A DNA stretch of 64,000 nt, from positions 3,442,507 through 3,506,506 of the forward strand of contig OY759598.1 of the NCBI GenBank assembly GCA_963662435.1, read 5' to 3'. The stretch is from Dehalococcoidia bacterium. GTDB taxonomy: Bacteria > Chloroflexota > Dehalococcoidia > Lucifugimonadales > VXLM01. Numbering within the stretch: the stretch's first letter is position 1; each line of letters begins with the position of its first letter. The notes under the pieces were generated by a model, which saw nothing but the letters and a program-made list of their open reading frames with translations, was not told the origin of the DNA and did no database searches. This document shows positions 1-9,205 of the stretch, piece by piece. The position numbers were made by a program, and so were the translations under genes.

Positions 1-158
1 GGATACATGTCCCGGTACTTGCTGTCTTCGGCAATGAGGCTGTTGTCGAGCAGGTGCATGTGGCAGTCGTATACCCGCTGCGGCACCCAGCTCTCCAACT
101 CCGATTCCCAGATTTCCTGGTCGTCTTTTCGATAGTCGATATGTTCCTTGGTTAGCAT
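1..158 (-). CDS. Amidohydrolase-family protein, N-terminal part (runs off the window edge)
   Basis: Manual translation MLTKEHIDYRKDDQEIWESELESWVPQRVYDCHMHLLD contains the D-x-H-x-H metal-binding motif; not in the ORF track. Confidence 0.7.
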   Translation of the reverse strand, partial: MLTKEHIDYRKDDQEIWESELESWVPQRVYDCHMHLLDNSLIAEDSKYRDMY

Positions 159-323
159 GTGCCCCCCTGCCAATGGACTCCGCCCGCAGCGTCGAATCAA
201 TGGCGATAGTCTATGTCACAGCGACATAATCCCCGAAATCACCGCACATAGCAACCAACTATCCACCGTCATTCACTTGGATATGCCAGTCGCACACAAA
301 CTTGTAGGGGCGGGATTCAAACC

Positions 324-542
324 AATTGTTCCAACTAATTGCCATTTTAGCTATGGAAAAGCGTCCGAGAGCCAGATCGAGGTGTGTCGTTTTCGTCCTG
401 ATTCGAGTCGCTCAAATACAATCGTACTGCCAGGTGGCCCGGTCAATGTGTGCATTGGTGCCTTTCGAGGGCGGCCATAGTGGTCGAACATGGGCAAATT
501 AGCTACGGAACCCCCCATTTCGTCGAATTAGTTGGAGCAGAT
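324..542. mobile_element. Putative MITE inserted into a REP-like palindrome
   Basis: Imperfect 17-bp terminal inverted repeats (324-340 and 526-542, 14/17) flanked by an 11-bp near-direct repeat gg(a/t)ttcaaacc (313-323 and 543-553); it splits the palindrome GTAGGGGCGGG-TTCAAACCCGCCCCTAC. Confidence 0.55.
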
Positions 543-665
543 GGTTTCAAACCCGCCCCTACAGGCAATTAATGACAGACCTTTACATCCCGTCCTTCCG
601 CGAAGGCGGGAACCCATGACCCGCTCCGCAACCTCCGCGCCCTCTGTGGTGAATCCCTACGAACC

Positions 666-3600
666 TCACCCCTCCGCCACAGGCTTCCGACTCAGCACGC
701 CGCCGATGCGCCGGAGCATATTCGGAATACTCTCATTGAAAATGCTGTACACCACCGGCACCACGATCAGCGTAAGCCCCGTGGAGCTCATAAGCCCGCC
801 GATTACCACGGTCGCCAACTCGGCGCTGATGATGCCCCCTTCGTCGGCCGATGCCGCCGCCAGCGGCAACAGCGCGAAGCTCGTTGTCAACGCCGTCATG
901 AGAATCGGGCGCAGCCGCACCCTGCCGCCGTTGATGAGAGCGTCGTACACCCCCATGCCCTTCTCACGTAGCTGCTCGACGAATGCGATCAGCACGATGG
1001 CGTTCGTCACCACGATGCCGATGAGAAGCAGGATGCCCATCATCGCCGGCAGGCCAAGCGAACGACCCGTTATCACCAGCGCTGCAAGCGCCCCGATGAG
1101 CGCGAAGGGCAGGGTGGTCACGATGACTATCGGATTCCTCAGAGACCCCAGGCTGGCCACCATGACCAGGTACACCAGTACGATTCCCACGGCCATCGAG
1201 ATGAAGATGGCCTGGAACCCCTCGGCGATGTCCGCGAACAGCCCGCCGCTGGTGATCGTTACGCCCGGTGGAAGCGCGATCGCGGCTATCTTCTCGTCTA
1301 TCAACGTGCCCACCTGCTGCGCGTCCTCGGCAACGATATCGCCCGTGATGGTGGCCGACCGAATGCCGTCCGTCCGGCTGATCGTCACCGGCCCTTCCTT
1401 CACAACCACCTCCGCCAGATCCCCCAGTGGGGCCGAGCCTAACGGTCCCGCGATGTTGAGAAGTTCAACCGCCGCTATGCCGCCCGCCATCGCCCTGCGG
1501 TCGCCTGACAGCACCACGTCGGTGACCGTATCGTCAATGGTTATCCGCGTGACCGTCTCTCCGATGAGGTACTGGCTTACCTGAAGCCCTACCTGCCTAG
1601 TACTCAGGCCGATGCTCGCCGCCTTCCCCGGATCGACCTGAATCGAAGCCTCGTCGCGGGCCTGCGCCACGTTGCTCTCGATGTTGATGACGCCATCCAC
1701 TTCTCCGATAGAGTCCGTCAGTTCCTGCGAGACGGCTACGATATCGTTGTAGTTCGGTCCCGTGATCCTGACATCGAGGCCGGAGGTCGGAGGACCGCTT
1801 GCCACCTCTCGGATCCTGATGACTCTCCCTCCCGTGTCCAGCTCCTCCCGGAGAATCTGGGCGATGTCTTCCGGAGCGTCCTCTGACAGATTGACAAGGA
1901 TGCTGGCTTGATTCAGACTGCCGGGCGCCCCTCCCACGCTCATGTTCGTCGCGCCTACGGTGGAACTGTACACCTCGGCGACTCCGCTCACCCGGTCTTC
2001 GATTTCGATTACGTCGGCCAGAGTCCGGTCCGGCGGCGTGCCAGGAGGCAGCGATATCTCGATCTGGACGATCCGGTCTCCGCTGCTCGGGAAGAGCGTG
2101 ACGGGAATGAAGAATGTCAGTCCCATGCTTCCCGCGGTCAGCGCGAAGGCCGCAATTAGCGTTATCGCTTTGTGGCGGAGCGTCCACTTGATTATCGGTG
2201 TGTACAAACGCTGCATCCACGTCTCTTGGACGAAGGTGTCGTCCTCATCTCCTGCGCCCTCAGGAAGGTCACCGGGCCTCAACAGATATGCGCCCAGCAC
2301 CGGTACGGCCGTCAACGCCACCACCAGCGACGCGATGAGGGCAAAGCTCACCGTGAGCGCGAAGGGCGCAAAGAACGCGCCCACCAACCCTTGGATGAAT
2401 GCCAGCGGTGCGAATACCACGATGGTCGTCATCGTGGAGGCGAAGATCGCGGGCCCGACCTCCGCCGTGGCCTCCAGTGCCGCGCGCCATCTCTCGCGAC
2501 CCGCCTGGATGTGACGATACACGTTCTCCAATACCACGATCGCGTCGTCGACCACACGACCGACTGATATCGCCAGCCCTCCGAGAGTCATGAAATTCAG
2601 CGACATGTCCTGCCACGCCATCAGCAAAACGCCGGTGAAGACGCTGAGAGGAATGGACATAGCGATGACAACGGTGGGTCGAAGGGTGTTTAGGAGACCT
2701 CGCGGGACCGTCGGCTTGAGCGTCAGCATGAACGCAAAGACGACTGTTACCGCGAAAAGGAACCCGAACATCGCCTCTCGCAACAGGGTGTCGATCTGGT
2801 GCTGAATGCTTGGCCCCTGGTCCGATACGATAACCGTCTCAACGTCGGACGGTAGACCTTCGAGGCCGTCAATCGCCTCGCGCACGGCCCTTGTAACGTC
2901 AATGGTGTTCGCGTCCGCTTCCTTGACGATGGATACGCCCACGCTTGGCTTGCCGTTCGTGCGGGATATGCTCGTCGGCGCCGCTGACCCGAGGCTCACG
3001 TCGGCCACGTCTCCAAGACGAATCGGGCCGCTCGCCGATGCTCCCACGACGAGGTTCTTGAGGTCGTCAACGGAGCTGAATGTGTGCGTAGTCTTCGCAA
3101 GTACCGCTTGACCGCCCTCGAGGATGACCCCCGCCGGTAGGCTTACGTTGTTTTCTCTCAAAGCGTTCGATATCTGGAATAACGAGAGCCCGCTTGCCGA
3201 CAGGCGTTCGGCATTCGCGGTGATCTGGACCCTCTGTTCGATCTCTCCCGTAGCCTGTACCTGCAGAATGCCCTCGATGTCCGCAAGCGCCGGAAGGACC
3301 TGCGACTCGACGATCCCCTGAAGGTCTTCGGCACTTCTGTCCGATAAGACGCTGAACTGGATCACCGGGAACTGGTCAGGATTGAACCGTCCCACCGAGG
3401 GTTCATCAACCCCGCTGTTGAACGATATCCCCTTCACGGCGGAGGAAATCTGATCCTGTGCCGCGGCCATGTCCGTGCCGTACACAAAGGTGGCCAGCAC
3501 GATCGAGTTGCCCTCGAAGGTCCTCGACTGCACCGACTCCAGCCCTGAGGTCCCCGATATCGCCCGCTCTATAGGTGACGTCACGTCGCGGACTACGGCG

Positions 3601-3773
3601 TCCGGGTTTGCGGATGGATAGGCCGTCGTTACCGTAACAAGAGGAAATTCAATCTCAGGGAATAACTCAACTCGAAGCGAACGGTACGCGGTTATGCCCG
3701 CGGTGAGAACGAGGATTATGGCGAGGACCGTAACCGTTCGATTGCGGACCGCTAGGCCGGTGATGAATGTCAT
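666..3773 (-). CDS. AcrB/AcrD/AcrF-family RND efflux permease
   Basis: 1035 aa; motifs GRVVDDAIVVLENVYR, GIVVTNAIVL and RLRPILMT. Confidence 0.95.
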   Translation of the reverse strand: MTFITGLAVRNRTVTVLAIILVLTAGITAYRSLRVELFPEIEFPLVTVTTAYPSANPDAVVRDVTSPIERAISGTSGLESVQSRTFEGNSIVLATFVYGTDMAAAQDQISSAVKGISFNSGVDEPSVGRFNPDQFPVIQFSVLSDRSAEDLQGIVESQVLPALADIEGILQVQATGEIEQRVQITANAERLSASGLSLFQISNALRENNVSLPAGVILEGGQAVLAKTTHTFSSVDDLKNLVVGASASGPIRLGDVADVSLGSAAPTSISRTNGKPSVGVSIVKEADANTIDVTRAVREAIDGLEGLPSDVETVIVSDQGPSIQHQIDTLLREAMFGFLFAVTVVFAFMLTLKPTVPRGLLNTLRPTVVIAMSIPLSVFTGVLLMAWQDMSLNFMTLGGLAISVGRVVDDAIVVLENVYRHIQAGRERWRAALEATAEVGPAIFASTMTTIVVFAPLAFIQGLVGAFFAPFALTVSFALIASLVVALTAVPVLGAYLLRPGDLPEGAGDEDDTFVQETWMQRLYTPIIKWTLRHKAITLIAAFALTAGSMGLTFFIPVTLFPSSGDRIVQIEISLPPGTPPDRTLADVIEIEDRVSGVAEVYSSTVGATNMSVGGAPGSLNQASILVNLSEDAPEDIAQILREELDTGGRVIRIREVASGPPTSGLDVRITGPNYNDIVAVSQELTDSIGEVDGVINIESNVAQARDEASIQVDPGKAASIGLSTRQVGLQVSQYLIGETVTRITIDDTVTDVVLSGDRRAMAGGIAAVELLNIAGPLGSAPLGDLAEVVVKEGPVTISRTDGIRSATITGDIVAEDAQQVGTLIDEKIAAIALPPGVTITSGGLFADIAEGFQAIFISMAVGIVLVYLVMVASLGSLRNPIVIVTTLPFALIGALAALVITGRSLGLPAMMGILLLIGIVVTNAIVLIAFVEQLREKGMGVYDALINGGRVRLRPILMTALTTSFALLPLAAASADEGGIISAELATVVIGGLMSSTGLTLIVVPVVYSIFNESIPNMLRRIGGVLSRKPVAEG

Positions 3774-3982
3774 GTATCGCTCCTGGGTGAATTCGTCCCT
3801 TTTGAGTCAAAAGCCGATTCGCAAGAACGCCCCCGTCCGTAGGCGAGGGCGAGTTCACTCAAATTCCAATTGTAGATAACGATATGCTGGGCCGGTAGGT
3901 TATTCGTGTTCAGCACGGAACGTTCTGATAAGTCTAATCTGTACAACGACACTCTTGCCTCTATGTCATCTAATCGCCGCAA

Positions 3983-4885
3983 CTACAATTCTTCGTATCC
4001 GGTTGCGGCCACCAGGTCTCCGATCGGCATATCAAGCGCATTGGCGATCTTCAGCACCGCTCCGATGGTCACATTCTGCTTCCCATGTTCGACCAGGCTG
4101 ATGTAAGTACGGTCCAGCCCCGAAACCTCCGCCAGCGCTTGCTGCGTCATTCCCCGCTCGGCCCTCGCTGAGTTGATCCTTCGACCCATCAGGGCCAGTT
4201 GCTCTTGGAGCGTCAGCCTTTCCTCCGTCAAGCCGACGAGTCGACGCGCTTCCGCCACTGCATCCAGGACGTTGTCTGCGGTGGCGTCGCATCCTAACGC
4301 CTCCGTGTCGGCGGCCCCTCCGGAAAGCGACGCTCCCCCCAGCAGGATCTTTGGGTCAGGGGAGTTGAGTTCGCGGATCGCGTCGGCGGCCAATCTGGCG
4401 TTCGGCAGGAACTCCAGCAGCGTGGAGGAGATCGCGACCAGATCGGCGTTCCGCTGTCGAACAAACTCTGCAAGGTCTTTGGCGGGTGTCCCATCGCCAA
4501 GAAAATAGACCTCCCACCCGTCCACCGCGAGGAAGTCGGCTATCATCCGCGCGCCAATCGAGTGGTGGTCTCCTTCAACAGGAGTCACCACGGCTCTGAC
4601 CCCCAGCCCGGCCCGCGGCGTCATCCCCTGTCTGAGGTAGTCCATTACCGCCATCGTGATGGACGTCGCCAGGTGCTCCTGAGCAACATTGATCCTGCCC
4701 TCATGCCACATCTCCCCGAGCCTGACCTGCGACGGCGCCAGCACATCAAGGTATATCTCCGCCCGGCTCAGCCCGCGACCAAGTGCCTGCTCGATCATCG
4801 CCTGCGCCAGAGTGGACTCGCCGCTCAATAGCGCCTCTTCGTACCTGTCACGAGTCTCTATCAGAAGGTTCTCGCTATCCATCAC
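3983..4885 (-). CDS. Cobalamin-binding (CarH/LitR-type) protein with a C-terminal XRE helix-turn-helix
   Basis: GEMWHEGRINVAQEH (W-x9-EH), EGDHHSIG B12 loop, and C-terminal MTQQALAEVSGLDRTYISLVEHG. Confidence 0.85.
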   Translation of the reverse strand: MMDSENLLIETRDRYEEALLSGESTLAQAMIEQALGRGLSRAEIYLDVLAPSQVRLGEMWHEGRINVAQEHLATSITMAVMDYLRQGMTPRAGLGVRAVVTPVEGDHHSIGARMIADFLAVDGWEVYFLGDGTPAKDLAEFVRQRNADLVAISSTLLEFLPNARLAADAIRELNSPDPKILLGGASLSGGAADTEALGCDATADNVLDAVAEARRLVGLTEERLTLQEQLALMGRRINSARAERGMTQQALAEVSGLDRTYISLVEHGKQNVTIGAVLKIANALDMPIGDLVAATGYEEL

Positions 4886-4925
4886 AATTCACCTACGGGC
4901 AATTCTCATGAGCTGTAGACTATTA

Positions 4926-4964
4926 TTGACATTATATCCATAAGATGTTGGTAGTATACAACAT
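4926..4964 (+). promoter_or_regulatory. Divergent promoter region with an inverted repeat (candidate operator)
   Basis: TTGACA at 4926-4931, extended -10 TG-n-TAGTAT at 4949-4957, inverted repeat ATGTTG-N8-CAACAT at 4945-4964. Confidence 0.4.
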
Positions 4965-4991
4965 ACCCACTGTCCCGTAAAGAAGGGACAA

Positions 4992-5198
4992 ATTGAAATC
5001 GTACAGATTATAGCGATAGCTATTGCGGCGGTCGGTGCCGTGAACTGGGGGCTGGTAGGCCTCTTCAAGTTCGACCTTGTGGCCCTGATTGCCGGCGGGA
5101 TGAGTTTCGGTGACGTCAACGTCATCTCGCGAATCATCTACATCCTCGTCGCCATCGCAGGGCTCGTCAGCCTCACGGCCATCGCCGAACTCGCCTAG
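4992..5198 (+). CDS. DUF378-family small membrane protein (non-canonical or damaged start)
   Basis: Frame reads IEIVQIIAIAIAAVGAVNWGLVGLFKFDLVALI...SRIIYILVAIAGL; RBS AAGGGA upstream, but the only suitably spaced in-frame start candidate is ATT. Confidence 0.75.
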   Translation: MEIVQIIAIAIAAVGAVNWGLVGLFKFDLVALIAGGMSFGDVNVISRIIYILVAIAGLVSLTAIAELA

Positions 5199-5286
5199 TC
5201 GCGTCACCTGAAGAGTCCGTTGCATTGAAAGGGGCCTCGCCATCGCTGCCGGTACCGTCCCCATCCGCAGTGACGGCAGGCCCCTC

Positions 5287-5400
5287 ATGAGGCCCTGGTC
5301 CCTGTACCCCCGCTATTTGGACGCGAAAGGACTCGTCGCCCAGTGGAGAGAAGCGCTTCTCGCGCAGAAGGTGCTTAGCTTGTGTGCAGCCACGGATTGA
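5287..5400 (+). pseudogene. N-terminal fragment of a pyrimidine-dimer DNA glycosylase (T4 endonuclease V-like)
   Basis: MRPWSLYPRYLDAKGLVAQWREALLAQKVL matches the family N-terminus; it is cut off at the 3' end of vapC. Confidence 0.65.
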
Positions 5401-5800
5401 CGACCTCGATCCCACAGCCTCGAAAGCCTCGCACATCTCGGGTAGCGACCGAGGCTCCTACAGACCGAGCTATGGCCGCTATCTCACAGTCGGCTTGACT
5501 GATCGGCTCGCCGGAGGCTCGGCGATCGGCTGTGATGCGCGCATAGGCATGTGCCGCCGCACTGTCGAAGGGCAAGATACGTTCGTCAAACAGAACGCCG
5601 AATAGCCGTTCCGCTGCTGCTTTCAGACCACTCTGGCGCCGTCCTTTTGGAAGTATAGCGACACCGGTGAGAATCTCAGCCTCTGTGACAGCCGTAACGA
5701 ACAACATTCTCGTGGGCTGGACGTCCAGCCATGCAAGGACCTCCGCCTGAGGGTCCTTGCGCATGAGCTCCGATACAACGTTAGTATCAAGCACGATCAT
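5375..5800 (-). CDS. vapC: VapC/FitB PIN-domain toxin
   Basis: MIVLDTNVVSEL...ADCEIAAIA...VATRD PIN motifs. Confidence 0.92.
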   Translation of the reverse strand: MIVLDTNVVSELMRKDPQAEVLAWLDVQPTRMLFVTAVTEAEILTGVAILPKGRRQSGLKAAAERLFGVLFDERILPFDSAAAHAYARITADRRASGEPISQADCEIAAIARSVGASVATRDVRGFRGCGIEVVNPWLHTS

Positions 5801-5811
5801 CGTGACAAAAC

Positions 5812-6057
5812 TCAGTCAAAGCGTATGGGCTCTCGCATCGGTTCCCGCGGAGGTATCTCAAGCTCAACGCCGCCGAACGGTTCGAACAACTCTTGGATCG
5901 CCGTCCCTAGCTTTCTGCTGGGAGCCGCGTCCTCGTCCAGCGCCGCCTTCAGGATGTCACGGGCCTCCTGCTCCATGGAGCAGCCATTCTCAGCCGCCCG
6001 GATGCGAAGCCGTCGCTTCAGCCCTTCGTCGAGGTTACGTACCGTGATGCTGGCCAT
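5812..6057 (-). CDS. FitA/StbC-like ribbon-helix-helix antitoxin
   Basis: MASITVRNLDEGLKRRLRIRAAENGCSMEQEARDIL; lies directly upstream of the PIN toxin. Confidence 0.9.
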   Translation of the reverse strand: MASITVRNLDEGLKRRLRIRAAENGCSMEQEARDILKAALDEDAAPSRKLGTAIQELFEPFGGVELEIPPREPMREPIRFD

Positions 6058-6095
6058 GCGAGCACCTCTTGATCAATATCAGTAGATTATATCAC

Positions 6096-6110
6096 GATTG
6101 CAATGCAATC
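6096..6110. promoter_or_regulatory. Candidate autoregulatory operator of the TA module
   Basis: Inverted repeat GATTGC-AAT-GCAATC about 40 bp upstream of the antitoxin start. Confidence 0.4.
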
Positions 6111-6272
6111 ATAATACAGTCAACTCGCTTTACTCCCTATTGCTTCCAAGACACTCGACCATGAATCGAGGTGCCGCCCACCAATCCTCCGCCGCTTTCA
6201 TTCCCCTACGTCACACGGCTATAATGACCCTCGGCTTATGCCTCAACTCATACGCTACGAGCGAGGAACCGC

Positions 6273-7592
6273 ATGGTCACATCCATCGAGCAGCAGTACA
6301 TCGACCTCCACCCCGAGTCCCTGGCGAGGTACCAGGTCGCCAAGGACCTGTTCCCCAACGGCGTCACCCACGACGCGCGAAACCTCACCCCCTTCCCGTA
6401 CTACGTCACCCACTCCGAGGGCGCGAATAAGTACGACGTTGACGGCAACAAGATCGTCGACTACAAGACTGGGCACGGCGCGCTGATCCTGGGGCACAAC
6501 CACCCCGCCGTCGTCAAGGCTGTCCAGGACCAGATGGCCATCGGCACTCACTGGAGCGCCTCGACCGACATCGAGATCAGGTGGGGCGAACTGGTCAAGG
6601 ATCTCGTTCCCTGCGCTGAAAAAGTCCGCTTCAACAGCTCCGGCACCGAGGCCGACATGATGGCCATACGCATGGCGCGAGCTTACACCGGCCGCGACAA
6701 GATCATCCGCTTCAAGAACCACTTCCACGGCTGGAGCGACTACGCAGTACCCGGATGGGCCGCCCCCAGTGGCGTGCCCGACGGCGTCATCGACTCGATG
6801 ATCGTACTCGAGCCGAACGACATCTCTCAGGTCGAGCAGGCCATAGCAGGCGGCGATGTCGCGGGAGTCATCCTCGAACCCACCGGCGCGCACATGGGCC
6901 AGGAGCCTATCAACCCCACATTCCTCGAAGAGCTGCGGCAGGTGACCGAGCAGAACGGCGTCGTCTACATCATGGACGAGGTCGTCACCGGCTTCCGCAC
7001 CTCCCGCAACGGCGCGTCCGGCTACTACGGCGTCGTGCCCGACCTCTCCACCCACGCCAAGATTCTCGGCGGCGGACTCCCCGGCGCATGTGTCGCGGGC
7101 AAGGCCGACATCATCGACATGATCCAGTTCCGCGACGATGCCGACTTCAACGACAACGGCCGCATCGCCCATAACGGCACATTCAACGCAAACCCGCTCT
7201 CAGCAGCCGCGGGCGTGACGGCCCTCGAATACGTCAAGGACCGCCCTATAAACGACGTCGCCACCCAACGAGCCGAGCAGCTCAAGCAGGGCATGAACGA
7301 AGTCCTCACGCGCAAGGAAGTCCCCGGCATCGCAACCGGCGTTGCCTCCATTGTGCTCCTCCGCATCGGCCTGGAACTGGCCGACGAAGAGGATATCTAC
7401 TCCCTGCGCTACGATGAGGTCGAGCCGCGCGCCGACCTCAAAAAGCACGGCGTACTCGCCATGTACAACCACGGCGTCGACGGCTTCGATCGCTACCTCC
7501 TCAGCGCCGCCCACACCGAGGAGGACATCGAGGCCACCGTTCACGCCCTCGAACGCACCATCGACGACTTCCGCGACGAGGGCCTTCTCTAA
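6273..7592 (+). CDS. Class III PLP aminotransferase (glutamate-1-semialdehyde aminomutase-like)
   Basis: SSGTEA, FHGWSD, DEVVTGFR, AKILGGGLP and GTFNANP motifs. Confidence 0.9.
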   Translation: MVTSIEQQYIDLHPESLARYQVAKDLFPNGVTHDARNLTPFPYYVTHSEGANKYDVDGNKIVDYKTGHGALILGHNHPAVVKAVQDQMAIGTHWSASTDIEIRWGELVKDLVPCAEKVRFNSSGTEADMMAIRMARAYTGRDKIIRFKNHFHGWSDYAVPGWAAPSGVPDGVIDSMIVLEPNDISQVEQAIAGGDVAGVILEPTGAHMGQEPINPTFLEELRQVTEQNGVVYIMDEVVTGFRTSRNGASGYYGVVPDLSTHAKILGGGLPGACVAGKADIIDMIQFRDDADFNDNGRIAHNGTFNANPLSAAAGVTALEYVKDRPINDVATQRAEQLKQGMNEVLTRKEVPGIATGVASIVLLRIGLELADEEDIYSLRYDEVEPRADLKKHGVLAMYNHGVDGFDRYLLSAAHTEEDIEATVHALERTIDDFRDEGLL

Positions 7593-7642
7593 GGACACCG
7601 ACTCTCCCGCATGACTAGGCAGGCCGAATTGACGGGGAGCAC

Positions 7643-8590
7643 GTGGTGACCACAATGCCCGACCCAACCTACGACGCTGCCATCGTCGGCGGAGGAATCG
7701 CCGGTCTCTCTGCCGCCATACACGCAGGCCGCTCCGGCCTCCGCTGCCTCCTCATAGAGCGCATGATGCCCGGCGGCCAGATATTCAACGCCACCCACAT
7801 CGAGAACATGCCCGGCGTCCCTGGTACCGTCTCCGGCGTCGAGTTCAGCGAGAGTCTCCAAGATCAGGCCGTACAAGCAGGCGTGGAGATCGCCCTCTCC
7901 GAGGTAACCGGGCTGGAAGCCGACGGCCCCAATTGGCTGGTACATCAGTACGATAACGACGTTCGCAGCCGAACGGTCATCATCGCCGCAGGCTCATCAT
8001 TCAAGAAGCTCGGCCTTGACCGCGAAGACGAATTCTACGGCTCCGGCATATCCAACTGCGCTTCCTGCGACGGTCCCTTGTTCTCCGATCAAGTCGTTGG
8101 AGTCGTAGGCGGTGGCGACTCTGCCCTCGATGAGGCGCTCGCCCTGACGGAATTTGCCGCCAAGGTGATCATCTTCCACCGCGACGCCGACCTCGGCGGC
8201 CAGGCCGTCCTCCAACAGCGCGTTCAAGCCGACCCCAAGATCGAGTTGCGCCCCAACACCGAGGTGACGGTCCTCCTGGGCGACGCCATGCTCGAAGGCG
8301 TCACCACCAAGCACACCAAGTCGGGCGAGACGCCTCAGGTCGACCTCGCAGGCCTCTTCGTCTTCGTCGGACTGGAGCCGAACACCGGCATCCTCGACGG
8401 CGTCGTCCCCCTCGACACAGCCGGACACGTCAAGACCGATATCTGGATGCGCACGCCCGCAAAAGGCATCTTCGCCGTCGGCGACATCCGCCAAGACTCC
8501 GCCGCCCTCCTGGCATCATCCGCGGGCGACGGCGCTACCGCCGCAGTAGCCGCCAAGCGCTACATCGACACTGGACACTGGCCGGAGTAG
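7643..8590 (+). CDS. trxB: Thioredoxin reductase-like FAD/NAD(P) disulfide oxidoreductase
   Basis: GGGIAG, CASCDG, GGGDSA and FAVGD motifs. Confidence 0.88.
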   Translation: MVTTMPDPTYDAAIVGGGIAGLSAAIHAGRSGLRCLLIERMMPGGQIFNATHIENMPGVPGTVSGVEFSESLQDQAVQAGVEIALSEVTGLEADGPNWLVHQYDNDVRSRTVIIAAGSSFKKLGLDREDEFYGSGISNCASCDGPLFSDQVVGVVGGGDSALDEALALTEFAAKVIIFHRDADLGGQAVLQQRVQADPKIELRPNTEVTVLLGDAMLEGVTTKHTKSGETPQVDLAGLFVFVGLEPNTGILDGVVPLDTAGHVKTDIWMRTPAKGIFAVGDIRQDSAALLASSAGDGATAAVAAKRYIDTGHWPE

Positions 8591-8608
8591 GCGACGAGCT
8601 TTCCGCGT

Positions 8609-9025
8609 CTACTTCCGCGCCGGAGCGCTCACGTGGAGCTCCCGGCCAATGACACTCAACGCGGCATCGATCTGGTCCATCCGAGAGCGGTGCTGAATAT
8701 CCAAGACGCGGTCTACCTGCGGCAAATGCCAGCCGAGGCGACGTGCTAGCTCCGCTTTGCCGACACCGTCGTCCCTCATTCCCTGATAGAGGATCACCTT
8801 CACGGCGGTGAGCGTCGGCAACCCGACATGGGTTTCACCCATAGTAGGAGCCGGAATGTCCTGTCCCGCGTGGACCCGCGCCGCAATCGCCTCTTCGAGC
8901 GCATCGACGGCACGCATGAGGGCGTCATCTCGATCATCGCCGAAGGTGGCAAGCTCCGGGAAGTCCGGAGAGGTCGCCATAATGGTACCTTCGTCTTCCT
9001 CGATTTGGATCGGATAGGTAAGCAT
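8609..9025 (-). CDS. hicB: HicB-family antitoxin
   Basis: SPDFPELATFGDDRDDALMRAVDAL followed by the HTH KAELARRLGW. Confidence 0.88.
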   Translation of the reverse strand: MLTYPIQIEEDEGTIMATSPDFPELATFGDDRDDALMRAVDALEEAIAARVHAGQDIPAPTMGETHVGLPTLTAVKVILYQGMRDDGVGKAELARRLGWHLPQVDRVLDIQHRSRMDQIDAALSVIGRELHVSAPARK

Positions 9026-9186
9026 TATCTCAACCCCAAGTCTTTCTTAATCTTGGCAACGAGCTTAGGGCCTAGTTCCTTGCGCCCGCCGTGCATAGGT
9101 AGTTGCGACGTTCGGTCCCCCCGACGCACGGTTATGTGCCCGCTGCCGCCTCTAAGACACCCAACCCCGTGTCCATCTGAATCCAT
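9025..9186 (-). CDS. hicA: HicA-family toxin with an apparently degenerate N-terminus
   Basis: Manual translation ...GGSGHITVRRGDRTSQLPMHGGRKELGPKLVAKIKKDLGLR; stop overlaps the hicB start (TAATG); not in the ORF track. Confidence 0.65.
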   Translation of the reverse strand: MDSDGHGVGCLRGGSGHITVRRGDRTSQLPMHGGRKELGPKLVAKIKKDLGLR

Positions 9187-9205
9187 CCGGGCTCGACTTA
9201 TGGAT

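Noticed and set aside
532..1584. Long antisense ORFs here and at 6255-7172, 10855-11772, 50865-51845 and 54705-56204
   Set aside because: Shadow frames of well-supported genes on the opposite strand in GC-rich DNA
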